From Scyliorhinus canicula (taxonomy: Eukaryota), in contig NW_024055457.1 in assembly GCF_902713615.1 (NCBI RefSeq), forward strand, positions 62,001 through 126,000: a DNA stretch of 64,000 nt, read 5' to 3'. Position 1 is the first letter of the stretch. Each line of letters opens with the position of its first letter. The notes beneath the pieces were generated by a model. That model was not told where the DNA came from and searched no databases. It saw nothing but the letters and a program-made list of their open reading frames with translations. Both the position numbers and the translations under genes were made by a program. Below are positions 1-10,539 of this stretch, piece after piece.

Positions 1-19
1 AATTAGGGACAGGGAACAC

Positions 20-66
20 ATGGTGGTCTTGCCAGTGAGTCCCACATTCCATGGAAGAATAAAGGG
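20..66 (+). mobile_element. 3' tail fragment of a CR1/L2-type shark LINE
   Basis: GGTCTTGCCAGTGAGTCCCACATTCCATGGAAGAATAAA resembles the LINE 3' end at ~9845-9890 and the reverse copy at ~45500-45545. Confidence 0.45.
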
Positions 67-1737
67 AAAACACATGAATTACGTGTTTATCTATTACAAA
101 ATGTACCCTCTGTCTGATAGTCTGCTTGTATTTCTATCCATCATCACAATGTTATGAGGTGTGGGAGAGATCCTCCAGCCGGTTAGTGTTGTTAAGAGAG
201 GCTAGAAAAGCTGGATAACTCTCCTTTCCTTAGAGATGGGAACAGTTCAAATAAATTCGCAATTTAAAACATAAAATGATCTCCAGTACTGTTGCTGGGT
301 AGATTTGTTTATAAATAGTCCTCATTGACAATGTTAAGAATTTGAAGTTGGCTTGCAGCCAAGCGGTCAGTACTGAGGAAACAGATCTTTGAAAAACAAA
401 ACCAGATGCTTCCTGCAAACAACATCGAACATTCGAGCCTCCCTGACTGCAGGCGGCTGGATTGCTGCCAAATACAGTGTGGGGCAGATTAGCCTGAATA
501 TGAATGGACACAATGGGATTGATCCATTCAAACAATAAATGTTTCAGTCTCACATGAAGTAAACGTTTAAAATGGTGATCCATGCAAAGAAATATATTCA
601 CTGAATGTTTTGTTCACTATGAGATTAAACACAATGGGAAAATAGTTAACTGACCAGATGCTATTTAATTTATATTAGTTCCGAGGAAAGGTCACTCTAG
701 TTATTAAAGTCCGTTTGTTAAGAGCCTAATGAAGTGAGAGTGAGTGGCGTTGATGGACCCAATCCACAAGTTCAATAAGATGACTTCAATTACAAAAAAT
801 AAAATAAAATGAATTTAAAGTAAATAAACTGCATTAAACTCGCGGGGATTCCTAGAATATTCTCCGAATTCTTGATCTCCTTGATCTCTTATACCCGATT
901 AACACCGTGTTCTGTACAGTTTAATTTGTCTGGATTTCAATTGTTTAACAGTCCCTCTCATTGCTGCCAATGAGCGGAGAAATGACCAGTTCATGACCTG
1001 CTTTCGTGGAGAATAAAACATTTATTCCTGTGATATTGTGTAATATGCCGCAAAGTCCTGATATTCTGTGTTCCCAACACCAGTGAATGTTAGACAGCCG
1101 CTGGTCAGTAAAATTAGCGGCAACGATTTGGATGCTAAAGGATAACTTTGCTGATCGCCGCGTCCGTTCTGATTCATTAATTTCTCTGTCAAAAGCTGGT
1201 CTGAATTTTATGTTTCTCTGTCAACTCACTGCTGAATTATCAGGCAAGCGGCTTCTTTTACCGCTAATGTTCACAGGACTGTCTGAGGCTCAGGGGCAAA
1301 TCGAGAAATGTAAAGAGAGACATTGTATAATGTGAGGAGTTTCTTCTTGTCGACAGACCCACATTGTACAGTGATGGCCATCCGCTCTGCAAATGTAATC
1401 ACGTCATTCATTCCCTCATTTAGTTACATTTCGTCTGATAAATTATACTTTGCTGTTGTAATTGGATAGACAGACGATTTATACCCTGATAAATGTAATT
1501 TATTCTGTTTATGTTCATCCCTTTATATTGGAGTGCAGAAATAAAGAGACTTAATGTATAATGGAATTAGATTTTACTCAGAGATGCTCAAATATAATTT
1601 TCCATTCGGATGAGGATAGACATTACAATGAATCCATTCAGCCAAACAAATATTCCGACCTAATGTCACTTTTTAATAATAACCTATAGTAAATATCTGA
1701 GTCCATTCTGTTGGGGGTGTGGAAGGTGGGACGTGGA

Positions 1738-1811
1738 TCCAGGCGCCGCCTCCACCAGGGAATCAACAGGCGGCGCCTGGAAAGCCGCCCCCTTCTGCCG
1801 GGTATTTAAAT
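1738..1811 (+). promoter_or_regulatory. VH promoter: 14-bp GC-rich inverted repeat plus TATA-like box
   Basis: TCCAGGCGCCGCCT (1738-1751) and its perfect reverse complement (1768-1781); TATTTAAAT at 1803-1811, ~90 nt upstream of the leader ATG. Confidence 0.65.
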
Positions 1812-1901
1812 GCCGCTCACTGGGACCCGAATCCAACAGTCCGGGAGCTGGTTTGTTCACTGAGTTCCTGACACAACCATTTCCCCCAAATGACCAGAAG
1901 G

Positions 1902-1947
1902 ATGAGGTGGGCCATTTCTCTCAGTTTGTTGCTGACTTTCTTATCCC
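1902..1947 (+). CDS. IGHV: IgH leader exon (MRWAISLSLLLTFLS)
   Basis: Hydrophobic signal peptide; phase-1 donor C|GTGAG at 1948; in-frame upstream ATG at 1890 (MTRR) is an alternative start. Confidence 0.93.
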
Positions 1948-2075
1948 GTGAGTAGTTTTTATTGTCCAAGTCTCTCACTGTTACTGTCTCAGTGTTAGTC
2001 TCTCTCTGGAATGTTCCAGAGTCACCAATCATTTCACCAGCATTAATCCTCGGGCTTTTTGATATATTTTTACAG

Positions 2076-2380
2076 GTGTGCAGTCGGATGTTGTGTTGAC
2101 TCAGCCAGAGGCAGAGACCGGGCGTCCCGGAGGCTCCCTGACACTGACCTGTAAAACCAGCGGCTTCGATCTTGGCAGCTACTACATGGCCTGGATCCGC
2201 CAGGTTCCCGGACAGGGGCTGGAGTGGCTCGTTAGCTACTACGATTCATCTAGTAACAACTACGCCCCAGCCATTAAAGATCGATTTACTGCGTCCAAAG
2301 ACACTTCAAACAACATCTTCTCTTTGGCCATGAGGAGCCTGAAGACCGAAGACACCGCCATCTATTACTGTGCAAGACAC
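2076..2380 (+). CDS. IGHV: Germline VH exon (leader end RVQS + [12 protein letters not shown]...YYCAR)
   Basis: Acceptor TTACAG| at 2075; open frame with Cys23, [17 protein letters not shown]; typical shark IgM VH framework. Confidence 0.98.
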
Positions 2381-2419
2381 CACAGCGAGAGGAACCAGGA
2401 CTGGACCCGCACAAGAACA
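2381..2419 (+). other. VH 3' RSS, 23-bp spacer
   Basis: CACAGCG (2381-2387), 23 nt, ACAAGAACA (2411-2419). Confidence 0.92.
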
Positions 2420-2789
2420 GCTCGAGAGAGAATTCAGTAACTTCAACCTTAACCTGAAGGTCAGCACTTGATCCAAATGTAATATTAATGTCAGTGATCA
2501 GAGTCATTGCACACGCTGCTTCTTACATAACTCACACAGAGAAAATTAAACAGTAAAACTGAACAAACCGATCGATCTAATAGGATGAGCTTTTGTCTGT
2601 TTATATTTACTGTTCACAGTTTCAGCAATTAGAGACTTGGCTATAATCCTGGTTTTATTATTTCTGATACTTGGGAAAATCTATGTACTTTGGATTTGAT
2701 AAACTACTGTATAAATTGTAAATTAGATCAGAAGTAAACGTGTATTTGAAGTGAATATTGAGCGGCAGGACTGAACAGAGAGTGAGTGC

Positions 2790-2870
2790 AGTTTCTGTGC
2801 GGGTGTCTGTCACTGTGACTACAGCAGTGGGTCACCGTGCTGTGCACAGTGACATCCTCATACAAAAACC
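2790..2870 (+). other. IGHD: D1 segment ACTACAGCAGTGGGT (2818-2832) with 12-RSS 5' and 22-RSS 3'
   Basis: AGTTTCTGT-12-CACTGTG (2790-2817); CACCGTG-22-ACAAAAACC (2833-2870). Confidence 0.92.
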
Positions 2871-3182
2871 TCAGTGATATAGTTTGTTCAAATTGGTGAT
2901 CAGCGCCACAACAGGATTGTCAACGTAAATTAATTTTAAATAAAACAAAGTTTGGAACTAATATTAGTTTTCAAAAAGGTATAAAAATCTTCCACTTTAT
3001 CACTGTTCACCGACTCGCTAAATCTGTACAGAGGGTTTAAAAGTGTTCCGATCTTATTTATAAATGTAAAGACCAGGACAAGGTGAAATAACTCACCCAT
3101 TCGTTCTTGGAAGAGACAGAATTTAGTTTTTGAGTGAACAGTGAAATTAAATCTCAGTGTTTTACAGTTAACATTTTGCCGC

Positions 3183-3248
3183 AGTATTTGACACGCTGTG
3201 TCTCACTGTGATAACTGGCGCACAGCAGTTACTGTCAATACAAAAAGC
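3183..3248 (+). other. IGHD: D2 segment ATAACTGGCG (3211-3220) with 12/12 RSSs
   Basis: AGTATTTGA-12-CACTGTG (3183-3210); CACAGCA-12-ACAAAAAGC (3221-3248). Confidence 0.9.
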
Positions 3249-3575
3249 CCCTCAGCACTAATTAACTGAAGCTAGCTCAGTGTTCGATTTTACAATCCAA
3301 CTTTATTCACAGTGAAGCGTTATTCATCTCCAGCACTGACAAAATGACAATAATTAATATGGGAAATCTGTGACAATTATTCACTCATTAGTTAGTGATT
3401 TCAATAACATGTTCATCTTTTACTCTGAAATATAAAACATTAGCGTCATTTCTGAACAATAGCGACATCCACAAATACAATTCTAATTTAATGAAAATTC
3501 ATTACAAGTTTAATTTGCCGCTGGTTTGTGAATATTTAAAATAATGGTGGATTTCTATCTATTTTGTGCAGATGT

Positions 3576-3614
3576 GGTTATTGAATGGAGCAGTCCAGGG
3601 AATGTGACACTGTG
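3576..3614 (+). other. JH 5' RSS, 23-bp spacer
   Basis: GGTTATTGA (3576-3584), 23 nt, CACTGTG (3608-3614). Confidence 0.9.
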
Positions 3615-3662
3615 ACCACTTGGACTACTGGGGACAAGGGACCATGGTGACGGTGACTTCAG
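3615..3662 (+). CDS. IGHJ: JH segment (HLDYWGQGTMVTVTS)
   Basis: WGxG motif; phase-1 donor G|GTAAG at 3663. Confidence 0.98.
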
Positions 3663-3736
3663 GTAAGAACTGTTCCGTTATTTATGAACTGTTTTACTTG
3701 AGTGTTTGTTTTACTTATTTTTTCTATTTTAACTAT

Positions 3737-4995
3737 GCATTCGTTCACTGAATTGCGGGTTTGCTGGATTCTGTATTGAGATTTTGTTGTAATGTTTCAT
3801 GTGATTCTGCTGAAAAAGGAATTAGTCTGCCTCTTGATAAAAGATGCTGCTGAGGGATTCAGTCCCTGGTTGTTATGATTTGATGTTTATTTGCTGAGGA
3901 TACTGTGTGGCTGGGTACTTTAATACCTAACGCCTGTTAAACAGTTTGGTATTTATGTAATGTTTAATCTCAGTGACATCTGGTGGCTGCAGGTTTTACC
4001 ACCACAAGTGTTAGAAATCTGCCCAATATTAACAAAATATGCTGAAGTACCTGTGTCAATTTATTGAACACTTCCCGCTTAGTGACAATGCTGACGATAT
4101 TCTTCCATATTTCTGTTTGTTTTAATTGTTCATTCACTTGCTGAAAGGCGGATTTCGTGGGTTCTAGATTGAGATTTTCTTGAAATGCTGTTTGATTCTG
4201 TTGAATTGTAGGTTTGAGCTGGTTCTCCATGAGACGAATTTCAGCCCCTCGGTGATGTGATTTGGTATTTTTTCTGCTCAGGAGTTTCTGTCTGGGTGAT
4301 TTTGAATGAGTAAAATTTGTGAAACGGTTCTGGCGTTTCTATGTTCTTTGAAGTCGGTGATATTGAGCGGTTCCATGTTTTTTAACTGAATGAATACAAG
4401 ACATGTGTTTGAAACTGCTGCACGGTTGTAGGCAGAACACAGTCAGGGTTTCAGAGTGTTTTTTTAAAAGTGATGATTGCAGATTAAGCCACAGTTTAAA
4501 ATGCTCTTTCCGAACATAATTTGTTGCTGCAATCACAGTCTGTTTTTTCTCCAATGTTCCATCTTGGTGGGATTGATGGATGCAGCTTTTATCTCTCCTT
4601 CCAACTGTTTAAATGCGTTTGAAATATGGCCCAATATGAATAAAATGTGGTAAAGTTTCAAAAATAGTTTTGACATACCCCACATACTCACAATGCTATT
4701 ACTGTTGTTCTGTATTTTATTTAGTTTGATCATTCATACTTTAGGCGGCGAACTGGTTTGCTGGATTCGATATTCAGATGTTTTTGAAATATTACGTTTG
4801 ATTCTGTTGAATATAGAATTGAGCTGCTTCTCAATGAAACGGGTTCAGTCCTTACGATGAGTTTTGGTGTTTTCCTGCTGAGGAGATAGTGTGTCTGGGT
4901 GATTTTGAATAAGTACAATTTGTGAAGCGGTTTTCTGTTTCTCCGTTGTTTCTGCATTGTTCAAACTCGGTGACTTTGAGCAGTTACACGTTTTC
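3737..4995. repeat. Three diverged direct copies of a ~200-270-bp unit at the start of the J-C intron
   Basis: Shared blocks GTTTGCTGGATTC, TTGAGATTTT, TTTGATTCTGTTGAAT, GCTGAGGA and CTGGGTGATTTTGAAT at ~3737-3935, ~4125-4390 and ~4728-4995. Confidence 0.7.
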
Positions 4996-6899
4996 TGGTT
5001 AAATGTAGAAAGGTTTGGGCGTTTGAATCTCCTTGAAGCACAATGGTAGGGAGTAAACGCGGCAGGTTTCGAAAATAAAGAAAGGAATTAAAGATTTGAG
5101 AGTCATTTTTAAATTTTACCTAATGGTGACTGATTAAACTAAACCATGGTGTCATTAAGAACACAATTCGTCACTGCAATCTGAAACTATTTATTTAAAA
5201 CGTTTTCAAATTAGTGAGTAAAATTAATATAACTTAAACAATTATAATGACATGTTATAACCATATTATCCAAATATGTTTTCATATTAATATCATTAAT
5301 GATCAACCGCCTTCCACAATTCTGCTGTGCTCTGCACACCATTAGCATGGCCGGAAAATTTTCTGGGCTGGGAATATTTTGTGATTATTTATGAAACTGT
5401 TTTAATAATAACATACTGATTCTACAGCACTGTTCAATTGCACAAGATATATTTGAATTATTTTTTATTTCTCTGATTACGTTTGCAGTTACTTAAACAG
5501 GAGTTTTATATTGCAGTTTGGCAATTTATGTATCCGATTATTGTATTATTTATGTACAGAAGCTCGAATATTATCTCTTCACCGTCATTTTTCATTGTCT
5601 CTAATCTAATCATAAAGAGTTTCTCAGAGGTGGAAGTCGCTGACAGTGCAGGAATTGTTCTTATGATTTTATCTAAATTGTAGGAATGTTCACACTGCAC
5701 AGGGCTGGAGACACCGTAAAAGCTTGAAATGCAAAGAGATTAATTTAATTACAAAAGGAAAATATTAGCTTTGCAAAAATTAATAATGTCCTATCTCGCA
5801 TAGCTGTGCTGTACACAATATAGCATTATAGAAATAAAACAAATTATACAATAGAAGAATAGATTATATCTGAGCCTCAAGCTTATTTCTTATTAAATCA
5901 TAAATTGAACAAGAACATTTCTCCATCATTTTCTCATTATGTTTCAGTGCTGTGTAGAGGATCTGACTGAGTTGTTTTCATTAAGTTTTGCACTGATTAA
6001 TTTTGGATCTCCTTTCTTTAAGCAATATTTTCAATAATAAAGTTAATCGAATTGCCTGAATGATTAAATCTCGGAAACACTTTTATTGATCACAAACTAC
6101 CAAGGACTTTACTGTTAGAGATATAGTTTCGAGTTAGAGCAGTTTAGCAATTCGGGAGTACCGCTTTAATAAACTGATGATATATTACACATGTCTGAAT
6201 TATTCCATCCGATAATTTGAAGTTTAATATTTAATTAAATCCAAGTTATTTAGCAAATTTCAGGCAGGAGCAGGTTTTGAATTGCAGAGAACCATTTTTT
6301 ATTATTTATATTATACAGTACAAATCAGCTGACAGGTCAACTAATTGACAATTGGCAATAACTTGCAATGCAACATTAGTACTAACTAATTCAAAATAAA
6401 TTAACTCCTACAATTGAGTAGTACACTGGCGTGCCATATCAAAGCTATTGGAGAATGTTTAATTGTACTGAAAATAATTTAGAAGGCAATACATTTATTT
6501 ACTCAGGTTTTTTGAGGTGACCTGTCTCGATTGTTTTATTGATTATGTTTAATTAGAAAATTGCATCAAATCAGGTAATCAGTTTCCAATGTGAATGTTT
6601 CCTGGTTTGATCATTTCTTAGCAAACACTGGATCTCTGTCACGGACATTAAACTCCCCTCAATCTGTTATATTTAATGTGATTATTCTCAGTGAAAATAC
6701 ATTGTGCCCAATTCAGACAGACAGGAGAAATAGCTGAAAGGCGAAGGGAGCTTTGAAATTAATATCAGTTTCATTTCAAAGAGGTTATTGAATTGTTATT
6801 GTCGTAGGTTGACCATTTATCAATTAGAATCGAGCAGTTTGAATGATTCGTTCTCCTGTGTTTCAGAATGAAATTTGACAGACTCGGTACTCATCCGCA

Positions 6900-8600
6900 C
6901 ACTGTTTCTCCCTCACACACTCCCTCTCTCCCACAAACCCGGACTATTCCTCAAACACACAGACACTCTCTCTCACAGACACTCTCACATACACAATAGC
7001 TCTTCAAAAACACACAGTCTCTCTCTCACACACACACTCGGTCACACACACGCACTGCCTCACACACTCAGTCTCTTACATACTCTCTGTCTCCAACTTT
7101 TTATCTGTCCAACTCTCCCTCACACACCAACAGACTGTCACTCGCTCTCTCACATGCACAGGCACGTTATCCCTCTCTCTCTTTCACAGGCAATCTCCCT
7201 CTCACACTCTCTCACACACACTCTCTCTTGCACGCTTTACCAATCTCACTCACATACACAATCATTCGCAGACACACACTCTCACACACATACACTCTTG
7301 CACACATTATCTCTTGCACAAACGCTCGTTCACACACATGCTCTGTCACACACATCTCTCTCACACATCCGCTCTCTCACACATACACTCTCGCGCATAC
7401 GCTCTCTCTCTCACACACTCTCTCTGACATGCATGGTCTCTCGCACGCACGTTCTCTCATGCTCTCTCGCACACATGCTCTCACACACACGCTCTCACAC
7501 ACACACGGCCTCTCTCACACACACATGCTCTCTTGTACTCCTGCTCTCTCACACATATATCCTCTCTTTCATACATACTCTCTTATGCACATGCGCTCTG
7601 ATACTCACACTCTCTCGCACGCACTCTCACTCACTTACTCACTCAGTCATGTTCACTGACACACATGCTCTCTCACGCACATGCTTTCTCACACACATGC
7701 TCTGTTGCATCCATGCTTTCTCACACACATGTACTCTCCCACACATGCTTTCTCACACACACGCTCTCTCACACACATATCACTCGTACTCACGTTCTCT
7801 TGCACACACGCTCCCTCACACACATGCCCTCTCACTCACACGCTCTCTCGTACACTCACTCTCTCACACACACGCTCTCTCATTCACACGCTCTCTCGTA
7901 CACTCACTCTCTCACACACACACGCTCTCTCATTCACACGCTCTCTCGTACACTCACTCTCTCACACTCATGCTCTCACCTACACACGCTCTCTCACACA
8001 CACGCTCTCGCATTCCTTCTTGCACACACGCTCTCTCACACACACGCTCTCTCATTCTCTCTTGCACACTCACTCACACTCATGCTCTCTCATTCTCGCT
8101 TGCACACACGCTCTCTCACACACATGCTCTCTCGTACCCATGCTCTCTCGCACACATGCTCTCACACACATGTTCTCTTGTACACATGCTGTCTCGTGCT
8201 CACGTTCTCTCACACGCACACTCTCTCACCCACACGCTCTCACAAACATGATGTCTGGCACACATGCTCTCTCACACATATGCTGTCTCACTCACATGCT
8301 TTGGTGCATACATGCTCTCTCACACACAGTTTTGCGCATAGTCTCTCTCCTGTGCACACTATTTTGCTCCCTCACACACATCCTCTCGCTCGCTCAAATA
8401 CACACAATGGCGCTCTCACACTCAGATATTCTATGACACACAGAGATACTCTCTCACAGCCACACGTATACTCTCTCTCCCACTCTCTTCATCCGTCTCT
8501 CGCATGAATGCAGACACATACATAGACACAGACACTCGGTCTCAGACACATACCCACACTCTCCCTCTCACACACACATACACTCAGCCACGCACACACT
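6900..8600. repeat. (CA)/(CT) compound low-complexity tract
   Basis: Continuous CACACA/CTCTCT/CACATGCTCTCT motifs; source of the spurious His/Thr/Leu/Ser ORFs. Confidence 0.95.
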
Positions 8601-8647
8601 GTCAGATACAGAGATGGGAGCGACTGAATCTAACATCAATAATAAAC

Positions 8648-8953
8648 ATAATAATCTTTACTGTTGTCACAAGTGGGCTCACATTAACACTGCAATGAAG
8701 GTACTGTGAAAATCCCCTACACGCCACACTCTGGCGCCTGTTCGGGTACACCGAGGAAGAATTCAGAATATCCAAACCACCTTACAGGACGTTTTTCAGG
8801 ACTTGTGGGAGGAATCCGGAGCACCCGGAGGAAACCCACGTAGACACGGGGAGAACCTGTAGACTCCACACAGGCAATGACCCAAGTGGGAATCGAACCC
8901 GGATCCCTGGTGCTGTGAAGCGACAGTGCTAACCACTGTGCTACAGTGCCGCC
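8648..8953 (-). mobile_element. tRNA-derived V-SINE (HE1-like head and core, GTGACAATAAA-type tail)
   Basis: Minus strand: A box GCACAGTGGTTAGC, B box GGTTCGATTCCC, core GGGTTTCCTCCGGGTGCTCCGG. Confidence 0.88.
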
Positions 8954-9039
8954 AAATCACGGCATCATTTAAACGTGTGGCCTCAAGGAGCCTAACCAAA
9001 GAATGAATGGATGGGAATCAGGAGAACAATCTCCGCTGG

Positions 9040-9890
9040 TTGGAGTCATAACCAGCACCAAGGTAGATGGATTCCATTGCTGGAGGTTAATCATCTCAAT
9101 TCCAGGACATCACTGCGAGACTTCTTCAGGGCAGTGTCCTCGGACAAACCATCAATGCTTATTCATCAATGACCTTTTCATCATAATGTCTGAACTGGGA
9201 CTGTTCTCAGATGATTGCACCAAGCTCAGCACAATTTGCAGCTGTGCAGTCACTGAATAAATCTATGTGTAAATAAAGCAACACGGAGACGACATCAGGT
9301 TCTGGCTGACAAGTGGTAAGTAACAGTCAAGTCACCCAATCGAAGGCAATGCCCACCTCCAGTAAGAACGGATCTAACCACCGCCCCTTGACATTCACTG
9401 CCATTACCATCATTGAATCCCCACTCGGAACCTCCAGGGGGTTCACATGGACCAGAAAGTGATCTGGACGAATCATATAAATTTTGAGGCCAGAAGAACA
9501 GATCAACGGTGAGGAGTCCTGCGGTGAAAAACTCATCTCCTGACTCCCCAAAGCCTGTCCACCATCTAAAGATCCGCTGCAGAAACTCATCGTGTCTCCT
9601 TCTGCAGCACCTTCCAAACCCATGGCAGCGGCCATCTGGACAAGGACAGCAGACACATCGGAACATCACCAACTGGAAGCTCAACTCCAAGTCACTCAGC
9701 ATCATGACTATAAAATATATCCCCGTTCCTTCACTGCCGCTGGTTCAAAACCATGGAACTGACTCGGGGAAACCACACATGGACTGCACTGGTTAAAGAA
9801 TTAAGCTCACCATCTTCTCAAAGGCAGTGAGGGGTGGAAAATAAATGCTGGCCCAACCAGAGACGTCTGCATCACAAGAATGAATAAACA
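9040..9890 (+). mobile_element. Decayed CR1/L2-type LINE RT 3' fragment
   Basis: QGSVLG and FINDL..LFSDDC (YADD-equivalent) motifs; 3' tail ending GAATGAATAAA; homologous to the reverse copy at 45500-46090. Confidence 0.8.
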
Positions 9891-10029
9891 GAACACACTC
9901 TCCGTGATACAATATGGCAAGAATTTTACAGGCAGAAAAATCCCATTTGCAAAATGAAAATCCATTAAGTTGCAGGAATGTTCATTGTCCCAGTTCTAAA
10001 TTATTTGTGGAAAACGAAATTACATCGGC

Positions 10030-10354
10030 ATTAAAGCAGCTGCCCAGTGATCTACACTGCTGTCTGACTGTACACAGCCGGTGTTACTGAAAGTATTAAA
10101 GCAGCTGCCCAGTGATCTACACTGCTGTCTGACTGTACACAGCCGGTGTTACTGAAAGTATTAAAGCAGCTGCCCAGTGATCTACACTGCTGTCTGACTT
10201 TACACAGCCGGGGTTACTGAAAGTATTAAAGCAGCTGTCCAGTGATCTACACTGCTGTCTGACTGTACACAGCCGGTGTTACTGACAGTATTAAAGCAGC
10301 TGCCCAGTGATCTACACTGCTGTCTGACTGTACACAGCCCGTGTTACTGAAAGC
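10030..10354. repeat. 65-bp minisatellite, 5 near-identical copies
   Basis: ATTAAAGCAGCTGCCCAGTGATCTACACTGCTGTCTGACTGTACACAGCCGGTGTTACTGAAAGT starting at 10030, 10095, 10160, 10225 and 10290. Confidence 0.97.
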
Positions 10355-10539
10355 TGATCAATGTGAAGAATCAGAACAGGATCGATGGAGAGGAAGAGGA
10401 GGAGGTGGGGGTGGTGGAGCCGAATGGAGGAGCCCCCAGCTCGGCTGTGGACACCAGGCAACGGGAAGCTGAGCCTGAGCAGAAACTCATCCAGAGAAAC
10501 ATCGTCCTAATGGGCTGGGAGCACCTGGGAATCATCACT

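Noticed and set aside
230-1335. Short ORFs upstream of the VH promoter
   Set aside because: No recognisable motifs or splice context; lengths are compatible with chance in AT-rich DNA
3194-3200. Extra heptamer-like CGCTGTG in the D2 5' spacer
   Set aside because: No nonamer at 12, 22 or 23 nt from it
5000-6870. AT-rich stretch as an E-mu-like enhancer or matrix attachment region
   Set aside because: No perfect octamer or clustered muE motifs were found; AT richness alone is not evidence
6875-8698. Long His/Thr/Leu/Ser-rich ORFs (up to 458 aa)
   Set aside because: Translation of (CA)/(CT) repeats that lack stop codons; open in several frames; no real start or splice context
10073-10105. Resemblance of the 65-mer (CACAGC..GTTACTG..AAAGC) to the D2 3' RSS
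   Set aside because: No acceptable nonamer at 12 or 23 nt spacing; the short matches are plausibly chance
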